DNA of 64,000 nucleotides from Macrostomum lignano (lineage: Eukaryota), in NCBI GenBank assembly GCA_002269645.1, contig NIVC01002739.1, forward strand, positions 42,372 to 106,371, read 5' to 3'. Positions 1 to 12,464 of the stretch are shown here, in pieces; the first letter of the stretch is position 1, and every line of letters starts with the position of its first letter. The notes under the pieces are model-generated. The model did not search any database, was not told the DNA's origin, and saw nothing but the letters and a program-made list of their open reading frames with translations. Both the position numbers and the translations under genes were made by a program.

Positions 1-80
1 GCGGGAAACCCTCCTGCGGGAAACCCTCCTGCGGGAAACCCAACAGGAGGGAAACCCAACCCTCCTCCTGCGGGAAACCC
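1..80. repeat. 15-bp tandem repeat (GCGGGAAACCCTCCT), truncated by window edge
   Basis: About 5 degenerate copies visible. Confidence 0.85.
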
Positions 81-94
81 TAAAAAACCAGTTA

Positions 95-367
95 TTTTTA
101 ATCAGCTTTGAAGGTCTCTTCAAAGATTAAACAGCTAGAGGTGCTCCAGGAGACGTTTTAGCCAGCAGTGAACCATGATGGATAAGCTGACAAGATCCTG
201 TCCATACACATGGTGCTCCTAACCATTGGAGCGCTTTTGTGCACAACTGCACAATTGCATCTGATAAACACCTGAATGAAATGTGTCAGAAAACTACTTT
301 GGAATATCGCAAGCGATTAGAGCAACTTATCGAGAATAACGGAGGCCATGTTGAAGTGTACAACTGA
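95..367 (+). pseudogene. Tc1/mariner-family transposase C-terminal relic
   Basis: Hand translation gives HGAPNHW (DGAPxH-like) and EMCQKTTLEYRKRLEQLIENNGGHVE*, a typical Tc1/mariner/maT C-terminus; upstream part has stops and the WPPxSPDL segment is missing. Confidence 0.7.
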
Positions 368-548
368 GATGGAATTGAACCGATTTAGATAAGACTACAG
401 ACTGCAATAAAATCCAATATGCGTACCATCTTTGAGTAAAATTTCAATGCTACGAGCGTATTTGGTATTTGGTAGATTACCACTACTAGTGATGGAATCT
501 GATGGATCAGAATTTCATGGAAGAAAGAAATAAGAGTTGTATAGCCAT

Positions 549-736
549 ATGGGTTGTAGCCTAGTGGGCAGAGCGTCGGACTCACGACTGGAAGGTCGGG
601 AGTTCGATTCTCGACCCACTCGGAACAACCCCTCCTTGGACTGAACAGCCGTACGCAGGCAGCCTTCAGATGCGCCGCGCAATAGCTGCGGCTGAGCTGT
701 CGGTTGCACATCTGGTCATTAGAGCAGGTGTAACGA

Positions 737-768
<32 letters not shown>

Positions 769-785
769 TACTACTATTATTATAA
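549..785 (+). mobile_element. tRNA-derived SINE with (TTA)n tail
   Basis: A box TAGCCTAGTGG (557-567), B box GAGTTCGATTC (~600-610), broken anticodon stem, ~110-bp body, (TTA/CTA)n tail 737-785. Confidence 0.75.
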
Positions 786-1376
786 TCATTATTATGGTGA
801 TGACATACTCTTCGCATAGGTGCTAGAAAACGGAGAGATTTCTATCTTGTTTTTGCAGCGAAGTCTGCATAGCATCCATTGAAATTCATAAGTTCAAAAT
901 CAACAAGATAATGGCATAGAAAACATCAAAGCTATGCAATGTGAACAATGTGAACCCAATATACAAAATTTGATTATCAATTTAGCCCATACCCTGATAT
1001 TGTAGTGACCTTGTACTAAACCTTCGCGAACCTTCTCACCATGTAGTAAACATTTCAATATAGAAATCTCCGCGATAAATACATGTATAGTTCTAAATAT
1101 AGTAACTATTTCAAAAACATTCTTTCTTTCAGAGTGTTCCATCAAAAATCATAAATACGTGCATAAAGCACCCGCAATCAAACGGTTGCAGACCTTTGGC
1201 TCATTATTATCTCGTTCTCAATAATATTAATAACCAAGAACCACCGCCTTCTGTCTCATTTATTTAAACCGTTACAATATGAAAGGATATCATTTCGAAA
1301 TATTCGTCAAAGACCTCATCGACGAAGGTTTCCTCAGTAATGATATTAGCATATCTGCCTACTTGAATGATCCAGT

Positions 1377-2556
1377 GTGAGCCAGACTTTGCTTTCCAAC
1401 TGGCAATGGCTTCTTGGCGGCAGTCCATCCAATATTGAGTCGCTTTTGTGCGTTGGAATAAAGAGCTTCGCGTGCAAAGCAAGCTACATTTCCTTGTTCC
1501 CAGCGGTGGAGGAGGTGAAGATGGCGTTCAATATTGTGTTTGCAGTCGCCAACCTCCTGACTCTGGCGATCTGGTGCCGTTTCAAGGAGCCGAAGCAGCA
1601 GACGCCAACTAGACCAGAGGTTGGCATTCAATTGCTGCTCCTTCGGTTTTTCAGCGCTTATAGTCTAGCAGCTTGCATCGTGTACATTTTTTTGGTTCAT
1701 CGCCAGTTACGACCGTCAACTCGGTCGCGAGTGCCGTGATTATGAGCGTAGCGCGTTGGATCGTCGTGGTCGTGGACACTGCCAAGATATTTATGGCCTT
1801 TACCAAAAGGAGCGCCGCATTCAGTCTCTAATGACTGCCGCCTTTTTAATTGAGTACTCGCATCCGCGACAGAAACTGCTGCTTTTCACTACCAAAAAGA
1901 GGGCCCTGGTTTCACTTTTTGTATTGTTCCTTACTTTGCTGCTGCTGTCGTTTGCGATGTCCACAATTTATGGCTACATTTACTGTCCAAACGAAGATTC
2001 ACTGCTCAAAATGAAACTAAGAATTTCGCATCGGTTACATGAAATTCTCTACGACCGGATGAACATCCTACACGCTGTCCTATTGGTGCTCAGCGTCATT
2101 TTGCTCATCGTGTTCGCCTCCAAGCGTTGCTGCGCGTGCTGCCGCTGTGATGGCAGTTACATGCATAGCGAGTCGCGTGCCAGTGAATCTGTAGCTTATC
2201 TGACTCAAATGGAAGATGGTGAGCAGTCTGAAAGCGAGGCTAACGAATCCGCGGTTGTACTGCAGGCGGGCAATTCTTCAGAACTGCTGGCAAACGAACT
2301 GAGGCGACTGATATTCTGGCAACAGGTGGTGCTGGTGCTTCCTCAATTAGTTTTTATCGTCAAATTACACTCTCTTAGACTAGTTGAGCATAGCTATGGT
2401 AAGTTCCAACTTATTGGCTATGGTTCAATTGCTGCCGAAGCACTGTTCGTTGCCGCGATGCCAGTCGTGACTCCAATTGTCAGTCCGAGATTTCGCAGAG
2501 GTTTGGTTTCTGCTACGAACGAAGTGAAAAATTATTTGCCTTGTCGTCTGCCATAG
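1377..2556 (+). CDS. Intronless 7TM (rhodopsin-like/chemoreceptor-like) receptor gene with two -1 frameshifts; pseudogene or assembly error
   Basis: Frames join at the T7 run 1687-1693 and at ~1828; hydrophobic helices, TM3-like LMTAAFLIEY..HP, TM7/helix-8-like PVVTPIVSPRFRRGL; true start unclear. Confidence 0.55.
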
Positions 2557-3061
2557 TGGATCGAGTGTCGGCTAATGCTTCGACGGAACTGTGTTAACAA
2601 TTTGAATTGAACTTTAATAGTTCAATAGTGATCGATGAACATTAATAATTATTGCAATTATGTGCAACACTGTTAACTATATATTCAGAAAGTTATACCA
2701 TTACATCTGATCTTTTTTCCTGAAATTGAATCTTCATTTTTTCTCTTTTTTTTCCATAAACGATTCTTTGTCTCGTGTTTTATTACGCTCGTATGAGATG
2801 AAAAATATGTTTTTTTTATATTCGGCACATTACACTGCATGAATTTTAATTTTTAACAGCCTGTTTAAATACAGAGAAAAACAAAAAATACTGATTTTAA
2901 ATATTGCTAAATTTGGTTGTTTGAGTACTATTCAGCTCTTGAGTTTTTTGTGTTAGAGCTAATTAATTACACTGGCGTATTATTGTGATCATGAGTTGGC
3001 GATAAGAAGCAATAAAAAGTCACAAGTTGCAAAGCTCAAGGCAGTAAAAGGTGACATTAAG

Positions 3062-3375
3062 CTCGGGGGGCGCTAGAATGGCGCTAGTAGACTCGGGGTG
3101 CTAATTGGCGCTAGTGGACTCGGGGGCTCTAGAATGGCGCTGGTGGACTAGAAGGGGCGCTAGAATGGCGCTAGTAGACTCGGGGCGCTAGAATGGCGCT
3201 AGTGGACTCGGGGCTCTAGAATGGCGCTAGTGGACTCGGGGGCTCTAGAATGGCGCTGGTGGACTAGAAGGGGCGCTAGAATGGCGCTAGTAGACTCGGG
3301 GGCGCTAGAATGGCGCTAGTGGACTAGAAGGGGCGCTAGTGGACTCGGGGGCTCCAGAATGTCGTCAGTGGACTT
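3062..3375. repeat. 28-30-bp minisatellite (GGGGCGCTAGAATGGCGCTAGTGGACTC)
   Basis: About 11 copies. Confidence 0.9.
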
Positions 3376-3391
3376 ACTAGTGGACCCGATC

Positions 3392-3525
3392 TATTCTCCC
3401 CTCTTCTCTCCCCTATTCTCTCCCCTCTTCTCTCCCCTCTTCTCTCCCCTCTTCTCTCCCCTCTTCTCTTCCCTCTTCTCTCCCCACCTCTTTTCCCGTC
3501 TTCTATCCCCTCCTCTCTCTCTCCC
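3392..3525. repeat. 12-bp pyrimidine repeat (CTCTTCTCTCCC)
   Basis: Direct inspection. Confidence 0.85.
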
Positions 3526-3544
3526 AAAGCATCTGCCTTCGAAG

Positions 3545-4620
3545 TTGTTCAACTGGGTGCTGTTGTCGCGGTTGTAGCCGGTGCTGGAGATCCGTACCTG
3601 TGTCCTGAGCAGAACGGCTTCCGGTCCCATCGCGGCACAGTGACGCAGATCCTGGCTCTTCGGCGAGTCATCGAGGAGGTGCGGACACGCCAATCGATCC
3701 TGATTGTCATCTTCATAGATTTCAAGAAGGCATTCAACTCGGTCGTCAGGTCGGTGCTTTCAAAAGTGCTCCGTGCATACAACGTACCAGAGCAGCTGAT
3801 TTCCGCCATCATGGCGATGCGCCGTGATCCGAAAGCTGCTGTTGCAACACCGGACGGCCTATCGGACTTCTTTGAGACATCCTCCGGGGTGCTTCAGGGA
3901 GATACGCTTACGCTTGCTTGCGTTCGTTCTGGTGCTTGACTGGGTGCTCCGGATCGCTCTTCCTACCAACGACGACGGTTTTCTGTTGCGGCGACGCTTG
4001 GGTCCACGTCAACCGGAGAGACTGTTCAACGTACTTGGCTACGCCGACTATCTCGCCCTGCTGTCTTCAACTGTCGAAAGCGCCCAGCGACAACTGGGTA
4101 AGCTAGTTGCTGTTGCGGCGAGTGTCGGCCTGGTGGTCAACACGCAGAAAACCGTCGTGCTCTGCGTGCCGGATGACATCGAGGCTGCGATTTAGTGACG
4201 AGGCGCTGATGGACAGGCGACAGAGCTTCAGCTGTTCTGTGAGGGCTGCCTTTCGTTCTGTGAGGGCTGCCTTTCGTTCTGTGAGGGCAGTTCTGCAGTC
4301 CGAGGCCCTACCTGACCGCCAGGGGGCGGCGTTGTTCCAGGCAGTGATCGAGACCGTCCTGCTGTACAAAACCGAGATCTGGACGCTGGTGGAGTCGCTC
4401 GAGCAACAAGTTGACGCGGCGCACGCTGGCCTGCTGCGTGCCGCCTTCAAGATCGGCTACGAGCGAGTGACCAACGCAGCATTGTATCACCGCACCGGCC
4501 TGGCCCATCCAAGCGACCTGTTGCGCCGTCGGCGACTCCAGCTGGCAGGCCACATCATCCGCGCCGAGACGTACTGCCCACACCGGTGCAGGAGGTGCTA
4601 CTGCCAACGCTGCAAACACC
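3545..4620 (+). mobile_element. RTE-clade non-LTR retrotransposon reverse-transcriptase relic, 5'-truncated
   Basis: EQNGFR, IFIDFKKAFNSV, GVLQGDTL, YADY (YADD mutated), GLVVNTQKT motifs; frameshift ~3915, stop ~4195, internal deletion. Confidence 0.9.
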
Positions 4621-4838
4621 CTGAGCTGCTGAGTTAATTCAATTGGACCAATTCAACTGTCGGGTCTTTCTTTCAGCGTCCTCCAGAATCTCCAGGCAGC
4701 GTTATGACGGACAGTCCGACCCAAAGAACTGAAGTTGATGCGAGCGCATAATATTAAGCTATCAATTGACAAATTCTCGTAAAAAATAATCTCAATCATT
4801 TCAAGTACAGCTGACCTTGAAATGATTAGGCGCTGCAC

Positions 4839-6400
4839 CTAAATGTGGTCATAAAAAGATCTATTTAACACTTCGAAGATCCAGGACTTCGGCAGGGGAA
4901 TTATAGTTCCGATAGAAGTGCTTTTATAGTTCTCAGTATCCGCTGAAAAAAAGCCACCTAATTCCTTTCTAAAAGTAGTCCTCATTTTTGTGATTACGTT
5001 GTATATGCGCATACGATAAGCAAACTTCATCAAGGAACAGTTTGCGCTCCAAAAAAATGATGCGCTCACCGAGAAAGTCCTCCCAGATAGGAGAACAGAT
5101 TTCGCAGCGGGTAGGCGAATGACTCGGTGAAGAGGCTGGTTTCGACAGATTCGGGGCAGAGGTCCAGCGCCGCTTTCGCATAGTTTTGCAGAATTACCTT
5201 AGCCTGTAGCGCGTCTTGCGGCCACGAATTCGTGGTTGTGATGACCCTATACTTGATTGCTGCAACGGCGCTGGCAACTGTTTTCTGACCCCAACCCTGT
5301 GTCTTCTGGCGTGTCAGCACTCGATGGTAACACTGAAGCAGCTCCCTGGTGCCATTAAATGAGGCCCAATTTTCGAGAATGTAGTCTATTGGAGGATGAA
5401 TATAAAGGATGAATTCCTCCACGATTGTGTACTCAACCAGGCCGTACTTGTTAGTTCGGCCATACCAAATGTTCATTGACATTAGCAATATCTGAAAAGA
5501 ATTCGAATGAATTGCCACCCGTGCTATCGATGAGTTACAGAAAAGCAGATGAAGATTTATGTTGCATATTCTAGTACTGATGCGGCTTAGTTGTTCTGTT
5601 AGCCTATGGGCATGGCACACATCTGTGTCGTTAAATAAGTCGGTCGGTAATGGCAGACACCCGCAGGTGCGCTTGAACGATCTTGCTGTACTGTATGACT
5701 TGAATCAAACAATCCTGATTTGAGCCGAAGAATTGTTCCGGTTCTTAAAGTTACCGGGCCACGAGAAGTCCATCGTGCAGGTGACATCCGGCAGGTTGTC
5801 ACTGCATGGTGCGGATTCGCGGTTCACCAGCTTTGCTACGGTTTCAGTGGTCACCCTGGCTGAGGATGTGGCCGTGCGGAGCCAGGAAGCCGGAGGTGAT
5901 GTCTGGCCTGTAGCAGCTGTTTTGGTACCGAAGTGGAGCAGGAAAGTGCAAAGGTAGCGACTGGTTTTCCAGTGTTTGGTTGCCTAAATGCAGTTTCAAT
6001 TAGGGAGGTCTGAGCGGTTCATTGTTGACCATGGGATGCGAGAACGCCAGTACATGCACTACAGAACTTGCTGGACCGCGGTTGGACCTAGTGTCTGCGA
6101 ATGCGCAATTCCTCAAACCACGGCCCAACCGCCTCGTCACCTTTGTGGGTTTGTAATGGAAGGCGGCGAAATGTACCATGGGCGCCTTGGCCGGTATACA
6201 AGTTGACCCCGGCAGGCAGGACGGCGGTTCCAACAGACCCGAGGGTGAAGTCCCTGAAAAAGCGGCAAAGCAGTTCAAAGGGATGCTAGAAATTAAGCTT
6301 CCGAGGATTTTTTAGCGGCAAAACCCCCCAGTGTATATGGGACAACGGCTCAAAATCTTCCTTTAAAGGTCGTTTCCATAGCAAGGTCGTTTTTTGATTT
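4839..6400 (-). other. Degenerate long reading frame of unknown family
   Basis: ORF 5066-5620 extends upstream past one in-frame TGA (~5705) and joins ORF 4839-5069 by a frameshift near 5075; ordinary globular composition; no motif recognised. Confidence 0.35.
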
Positions 6401-6790
6401 AGTCACCATCGGTCCGACCTAATGTTTTATGATGTGGGCCTACTGTGACAGTGTCGTTTGTTAAAGGCATGTATCATATCGTATTCATTATTTCGCACGC
6501 ATACCGTACTACTTGTAATCATTAATTCATTTTTAACAATATTCTATACGTATTAATTTTGCGCTTATGTTATTTTTGTATTTGTATTTATCTATAGTAT
6601 AGCGTTCTTTCTTCTTAATCTTCTATATTTCTTCTTCTATTAACTATCTATAGTATCTGTAGTTATTTGTAGCCTCGCATGTATTTATTATATTATTTTT
6701 GTATTTCCTGCATATCGTGTTTACTTCCCGTGAAGTAGTTCCTATTTATGTACATGCATTTACATGCAGTAATTCTAGCACGATATGTTA

Positions 6791-7146
6791 TCTCTACCTA
6801 TAAAAATCAAAACTCTGTGTGTCTGTGTACAAATTACTTCGCTATGGACTCCCAAACCGCTCCACCAATTCACACCAAATTTTGCACCCACCCTATATTC
6901 ACTACGGAAACTGCTCAAAATGCGCGATTTTTTCACTAAAGATGGAGATAGAAGAGGGGAGAGAAGTGACAGAGGATCGATGAGAGAGGAGAGTAGAGAA
7001 GTTTGAGAAGAGATGAGAGATGAGAGAACAGAGAGGTAGATGAGAGAGGATCGAGAGGAGAGATTAGAAAGGATAGAGAAGAGAGGAGATAAGAGGGGGA
7101 GAGTGGGAGGGAGAGGAGTGAGAAGAGGAGATAAGAGATAAGAGAT

Positions 7147-7202
<56 letters not shown>

Positions 7203-7229
7203 GAGAGAGAGAGAGAGAGAGAGAGGGGG

Positions 7230-7266
<37 letters not shown>

Positions 7267-8563
7267 AAGAAAGAAGAGATGAGGTAGAGGTAAAGGGAAG
7301 AGGAGGAGAGAGGAAAGAGATGAGATTGTAGAGATGAGAGAGATGAAAGAAAAGATGATCGAGAGAGTAAAGATGAAAGATGAAGGAAGAGAGAGCAGAG
7401 TGCAGAGAGACGAGAGAAGAGAATAGAGGGGAGAGAGTATAGAAGAGGGAAAAGAAGAGAGGAGTAAGGAAAGAGAGGAGTCAGAAGAGGGGAAAGAGAA
7501 GAGTACATAGTAGAGAGGAGAGTAGAGATGACAGAAAAGAGAGGGGAATGATAAGCGAAGATGAGAGTGAACAGACGATATAAGAGAGGAGAGAGGAGAG
7601 TGAGAGAGAAGAGAGAAGACAAGAGAGGGAGAGAGTATAGGAGAGAAGAGAAGAGACGAGAAGAAAAAAGAAAGGATCGAGTCCTCCTGAGTCAAAAAGG
7701 GAAAAGAGAGGAGTACAAGGGGAGAGAGGTGAGAGAACATATGAGAGTAAAGAAGACAGATGAGAGAGGGGAGATGAGAGAGCAGAAACGAGAGTGAATA
7801 GACGAGAGATGGGAGAGTAGAGAGAAAAGAGGAGAGATAAGAAACAAGAGATGAGAGGTGGAGACAAGGGAGAGATGAGAAGTGAGTGAGGAGAGAGGAG
7901 GGGAAGGGAGAGAATAGAGATAGGACAGGAGAGAGCAGAGAGGTGAGAAGAGAGAGAGAGAGAGGGGGGAGAGGAGAGAGCAGAGAGAAATGAGAAAAGA
8001 TAAGAGAGAGAGAAGATAAAAGAATAGAAATGAGAGATTAGAGAGCAAAGACGAGAGAGAAGGGAGGTGAGGGAAGAGAGAGCAGTGAGAAATGAGAAGA
8101 GATAAAAGAGGAGAAAGGAGATATGAGAGACCAGAGACCAGAGAGAAGAGAGGAGAGGAGAGAGAAAATAATAGAGGGGAGAGGGAAGAGACGAGTGAAG
8201 GGACGAGAGATGAGAGAGGACAGAGGAGAGAGGAAAGAAGAGATGAGAGGAGAGAGAGAAGAGACGAGAGAGAAGATAGGAAACAGAAAAGAAGATGGAA
8301 GTTTCAAAGGATGCAAAGGACATAGGAGAGGCAGAGGTAGAGGCCACAGTTTGCCTGACATTCTGCGCAGCACCCCAGCTAACAATATCAATGCTTGCCT
8401 CAAATCCTAATTTTGCATGAATATACACTATTTTATGTTTAACTCTATCCTAACTATGAACAAGTTTTTGTTTGAGTTTGACCTCAGATTTTAGAATACA
8501 TGCAAAAATAATTCCGGGGAATGGAGTTCCCCGGGTTTAAAATCCGCGGGTTTCAACAGCTTG
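6791..8563 (+). mobile_element. Non-autonomous Helitron carrying a GA-rich satellite
   Basis: Inserted between A6790 and T8564 with no TSD; 5' TCTCTACCTATAAA; 3' GC-rich hairpins (CCGGGGAA-TGGAG-TTCCCCGG, CCGCGG) ending ACAGCTTG (CTAG variant). Confidence 0.65.
6945..8340. repeat. Degenerate (GA)n polypurine tract
   Basis: Pure (GA)n core 7155-7263 inside a degenerate purine tract. Confidence 0.95.
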
Positions 8564-9853
8564 TCGATTATAATTTGTACATTGCGCTTGCATATGGGGG
8601 TTTGTCTCTGATTATCTAGGCTTGTTTATCAATTTTTATCATATTTACATGCTTATTATAGATATACGCTTGCAGTCAACGGCCGCAATTTCTTACTTCT
8701 CTGCTCGCGGCCTCTTAGACATCTCATGCTGGCTTTCCTCGCCCTCACAATTAAATAATTAAGTTTACCATTCCGTCGCTTGGCTTGGCCCACCAATAGA
8801 CAGGGTCCCAACCGCGGCCTTCGCAAGGCGCAACCAGAGCCCATTGCATTAAAGTGCATCTCATCAAATTACATTACGCTAGTGTGAAATCGCGGCTGCT
8901 GATCTGGATCGTTGACTCTCTATCAAATTAAATTACAATGTAAATTATCTGCTACGCAAAGTCTTCCGCCTTACTCGTCACACTAATCTTGCATAAATAT
9001 GCGTCGCAAAATTATGAAATTATTGATAATTACTTACTTTTGTCACGTCAGTCCTTAATCGGTGTTCTGAGGTGGTAGGGGCAATAGCAAATGGCCGCCG
9101 CCAGCGGAGGAGTTCCTTACCAACGGAAATAGTTAAAAAAGGCAAAAAAGTATGTTACTTTTAAAAAAAAAAATAGTTAATTTTATACTACTTACTTTTT
9201 AAAATTGAAGTTAACTTGGTTCCTGGTCTTTTACGATGTAAAAAATCAACCATTATAAGTATTTTTGTTCTTTAAAAAAAGGAACATTTTTCAAACTTCA
9301 ACCTTTCCAAGAAACAAATAACAACGCCCTCAACGCCGACTAACAAAAAAACGCATGACGCGTGGCCATGCCTAAATTTTTAAGATACTAATTTTTAGAT
9401 AATGTGTTAGTATTGACATTTTGTTACTGTTTATTAATAATTCTCACTGAGCACTGAGCTCTTGCCGATTGTGAGTTACCACAGAAGGAAGAGCTTAGTC
9501 TTGGTAGATAAAATAGGCCTACTTTTTTGTTACTATTCTATCTTTCACTTGCATAAAAAGTTATGTGAAAACTCAGCATTGCATTGCAAAGCTATGATAG
9601 AAATTTTGGAAAGTTTTGGGATTAACCTCAATTGTAGCATAGGCCTAGTCTATAAGTGATAGCAGGCCTAGCTAGCTACTATGTCCATAGCACACTGATC
9701 TATACTAAGGATACCTTAGCCCTTAAGATGCTTCACCAGTCTTCTTACCAAGAGCATTTCAAAGATTTAGGGTGTATTTAGGTGAATACACTTCTCTAAT
9801 AAGCTCTCAGTTGAGCACACACCCAAGTGCTGCTCTTGCCACAGATCTAAAAA

Positions 9854-10212
9854 CATATGCCCAATACCCATTTGACCCATCCAAACCAGATGGGTAAAAT
9901 GGCCATTGGCCAAGGTAAGTTGCAAAATCAAAAATGCAAAAAATGGTAAATTGGGAGAAGAAGAGAAAAGGAAAAAAATGAGAGAGAAAAAAGAGAGGGT
10001 AAAGAAGAGAAAGAAAGAGAAAGAGAAAAAAAGGCAAGAAAAATCATTTACAAAGTTGAAATTAAATAGCAATTGGGGGAACTAAGTTGCAATCAGGAGG
10101 AACTAAATTGCAATCGGGAGGAACTAAGTTGCAATTGGGAGGAGCTAGGTCGCAAATCTGGACAAAACTAAGTTGCACTGGATGTGTGAAATTTTGAGGT
10201 TAGGCATGTATG
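9854..10212. mobile_element. hAT-type MITE (CATACATGC-terminus family)
   Basis: Exact 8-bp TSD TCTAAAAA (9846-9853 and 10213-10220); termini CATATGCC / GGCATGTATG; internal TAAGTTGCA subrepeats. Confidence 0.75.
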
Positions 10213-10845
10213 TCTAAAAATATGCAGCTGTGCTTTCGCTATGCTTTGTGCTAAAATTTTTGCAACTGTCCCTGTGCCATCAGCTGAGCATCAACAGTGA
10301 TGAGTCACCTTTTCTCGTGCAATAGTCGGATGAGAATGTTATAATTGAATTGACATGACTCAATTGATTTTCTCTTTAGAGTTTGTTGAGAGAAAGTGAA
10401 AATGGCCTTCTGGGTCGCTGGCTAGTTTGACTTTATTTATTTAGATAAAGCAAAGAGAAATTGATGTGTGGGGGGTGGGGGCACGAAGTGTATGAGCAGA
10501 TATACATTGCACAATAGGGGGAGTGGGGTAAAAGGAGAATCAGCTTTTTCTTAATATAAAGAAAACCATTTGGGCTAAATAAATATAAACTTTTTTATTA
10601 GATAAAACTGCCACCACATTTCAACAGCTAGAAGAAATGCTAGGGCCATGAGCTTTCTGCAGAAGGCCTGAATTTATAGATTTATATGCAAGTTAATTAG
10701 TTAGCTAAATTCCCCCTCTATAAGTTTGAGATTTAGTTTAGAAAATTGAACTCCAAGTATATTTGTGGCTAGGACATTAGAGCTTGATCACTCAGGAATA
10801 CACCGTGCCTAGATATTCATTGATTTCCCTGAAATCAATATGGCA

Positions 10846-11129
10846 CATACATGCACAACAGTTGGCCGAGTCGGCAATGATTTGGCAGCCAACCAAGGTA
10901 AGTCGCAAAAATTGCCACCCCAAAATACAGATATAGTACTAATTAGATGACGAGGCATTTAGCCCTTATAAGACAGTCATAGTTACTCCTGCCATTTACC
11001 CAAAATTGCATTAATTTGCTTTAGGGTTTCTTTCACAGGTAAGTCGCATTTTTGGCCAAAAACTACATCACATTTTTTGTTCAAACTAAGTCGCACGGCC
11101 AATCGAATTTTGGAGTTTGCGCATGTATG
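10846..11129. mobile_element. hAT-type MITE (CATACATGC-terminus family)
   Basis: Exact 8-bp TSD ATATGGCA (10838-10845 and 11130-11137); TIR CATACATGCACAAC / GTTTGCGCATGTATG. Confidence 0.85.
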
Positions 11130-12464
11130 ATATGGCATATGTATAATATAGACATGTATATAATAGCTAATGTCAATCTTATCATGTTTAATTACATGCA
11201 ACATTAGAAACTTATACTTGATACAATGAGTTACACCTGGTTTGTAGGACAATATAGATATACATTAGGCCTTGAAGAAAAGATCAATTAGCCATGAAGA
11301 TTGTTTTGACTTTCAACCATTTCAGAATTTGCAGACAAATGCATAGCACATACACCCATGCTTTTCATTACTTTCTGAAATAGGTTAAGATAAACACATT
11401 TTTAGCAATTTTGAAAAGTATCTCAACTACTAATATCAAGGTTTTTCTTATTTTCTGGCAGCCTTGGAAATCTATAAACTGTGGTCACTTAACTATCTAT
11501 AGCATAGTTACTCTTATAGTTCAACACATTTCTATAGTGATTTGGCAATCTATTATAAGTATTAGTTAACTTAAAAAGGATAGTAGGATAACTACCAGGA
11601 CAACAAACTGCTGCCATTGGATTTTATCTTTTTTTATATTAACATAATAGATATTTTTAATCTGAATTGATAATGAACATTGCATTATAATAATTGTTAT
11701 AGCAAAATATAAATATTCTAGAAATTAAAGTGTTTTAAAAGTAACAGAATGTTAAAATGAATAAATGAACCTTTTGATTGGAAAGTTATATCCTCAATTA
11801 AATTTAGACAGTATACTATATAATGAAATAGAGTAGCAATTAACAACATATGGGTAACTTCATATTAATTTCTCGACAAATGATTAATTAAGCACTAATG
11901 TAATAAGTGAGTATTATTTTCATATAGTCACATTATGTTGTTATTATATAACAAAACAACAACAGGTTGTTATTATATGATAGGATTAGTAGCCTGGATT
12001 AGGATTAGTAGACCTGTCTAAAGAATTAATTGACCTCCAATCCAATATTATTCTTCATACTTGTATCGTTTTTGACACAAAAGTTATAAAACAAAAAATT
12101 CAGCTAGACATAATGCTACTTTGAGTTTTTACAACTTTGGGCTATTTTATTGAAATAAAAAAACTATATAAAATGGAGATTTCACTATGCATATATATAA
12201 ACTACTATAGAGAGACACGCTGTGCATGCTAAATTAAAAGAATGCTAATCTTCACTGCCTTAGATCAAATGCAATCATTGTTTTTGGTACATTCTTACAG
12301 GAAATTGGCCTCCAAAAATACACAATCTTTGAGTGTAGCATCCTGATACACTGCTAGTGGTCCTCAATAGAATTTTAATTAAAAGATGACAATAACTAGC
12401 AGTTTAATTTTATTCTTGGCCAATTTGTTGACTTTAAAATTAATTCTTCAGTTTAAACAAAGTG

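Noticed and set aside
551-625. Functional tRNA gene
   Set aside because: Anticodon and acceptor stems do not pair; followed by a body and simple-repeat tail, so a SINE head
6775-8428. Ser/Leu-rich and Arg/Glu-rich ORFs
   Set aside because: Translations of the GA/TC tract
8660-8870. RNase P/MRP-like RNA or small exons on the minus strand (GAGGAAAG, small hairpins)
   Set aside because: Other conserved regions are absent, and the apparent intron would be only 25 nt
9090-9135. ATGGCCGCC as the first exon of BIN3
   Set aside because: Frame closes after 13 codons with no compatible donor
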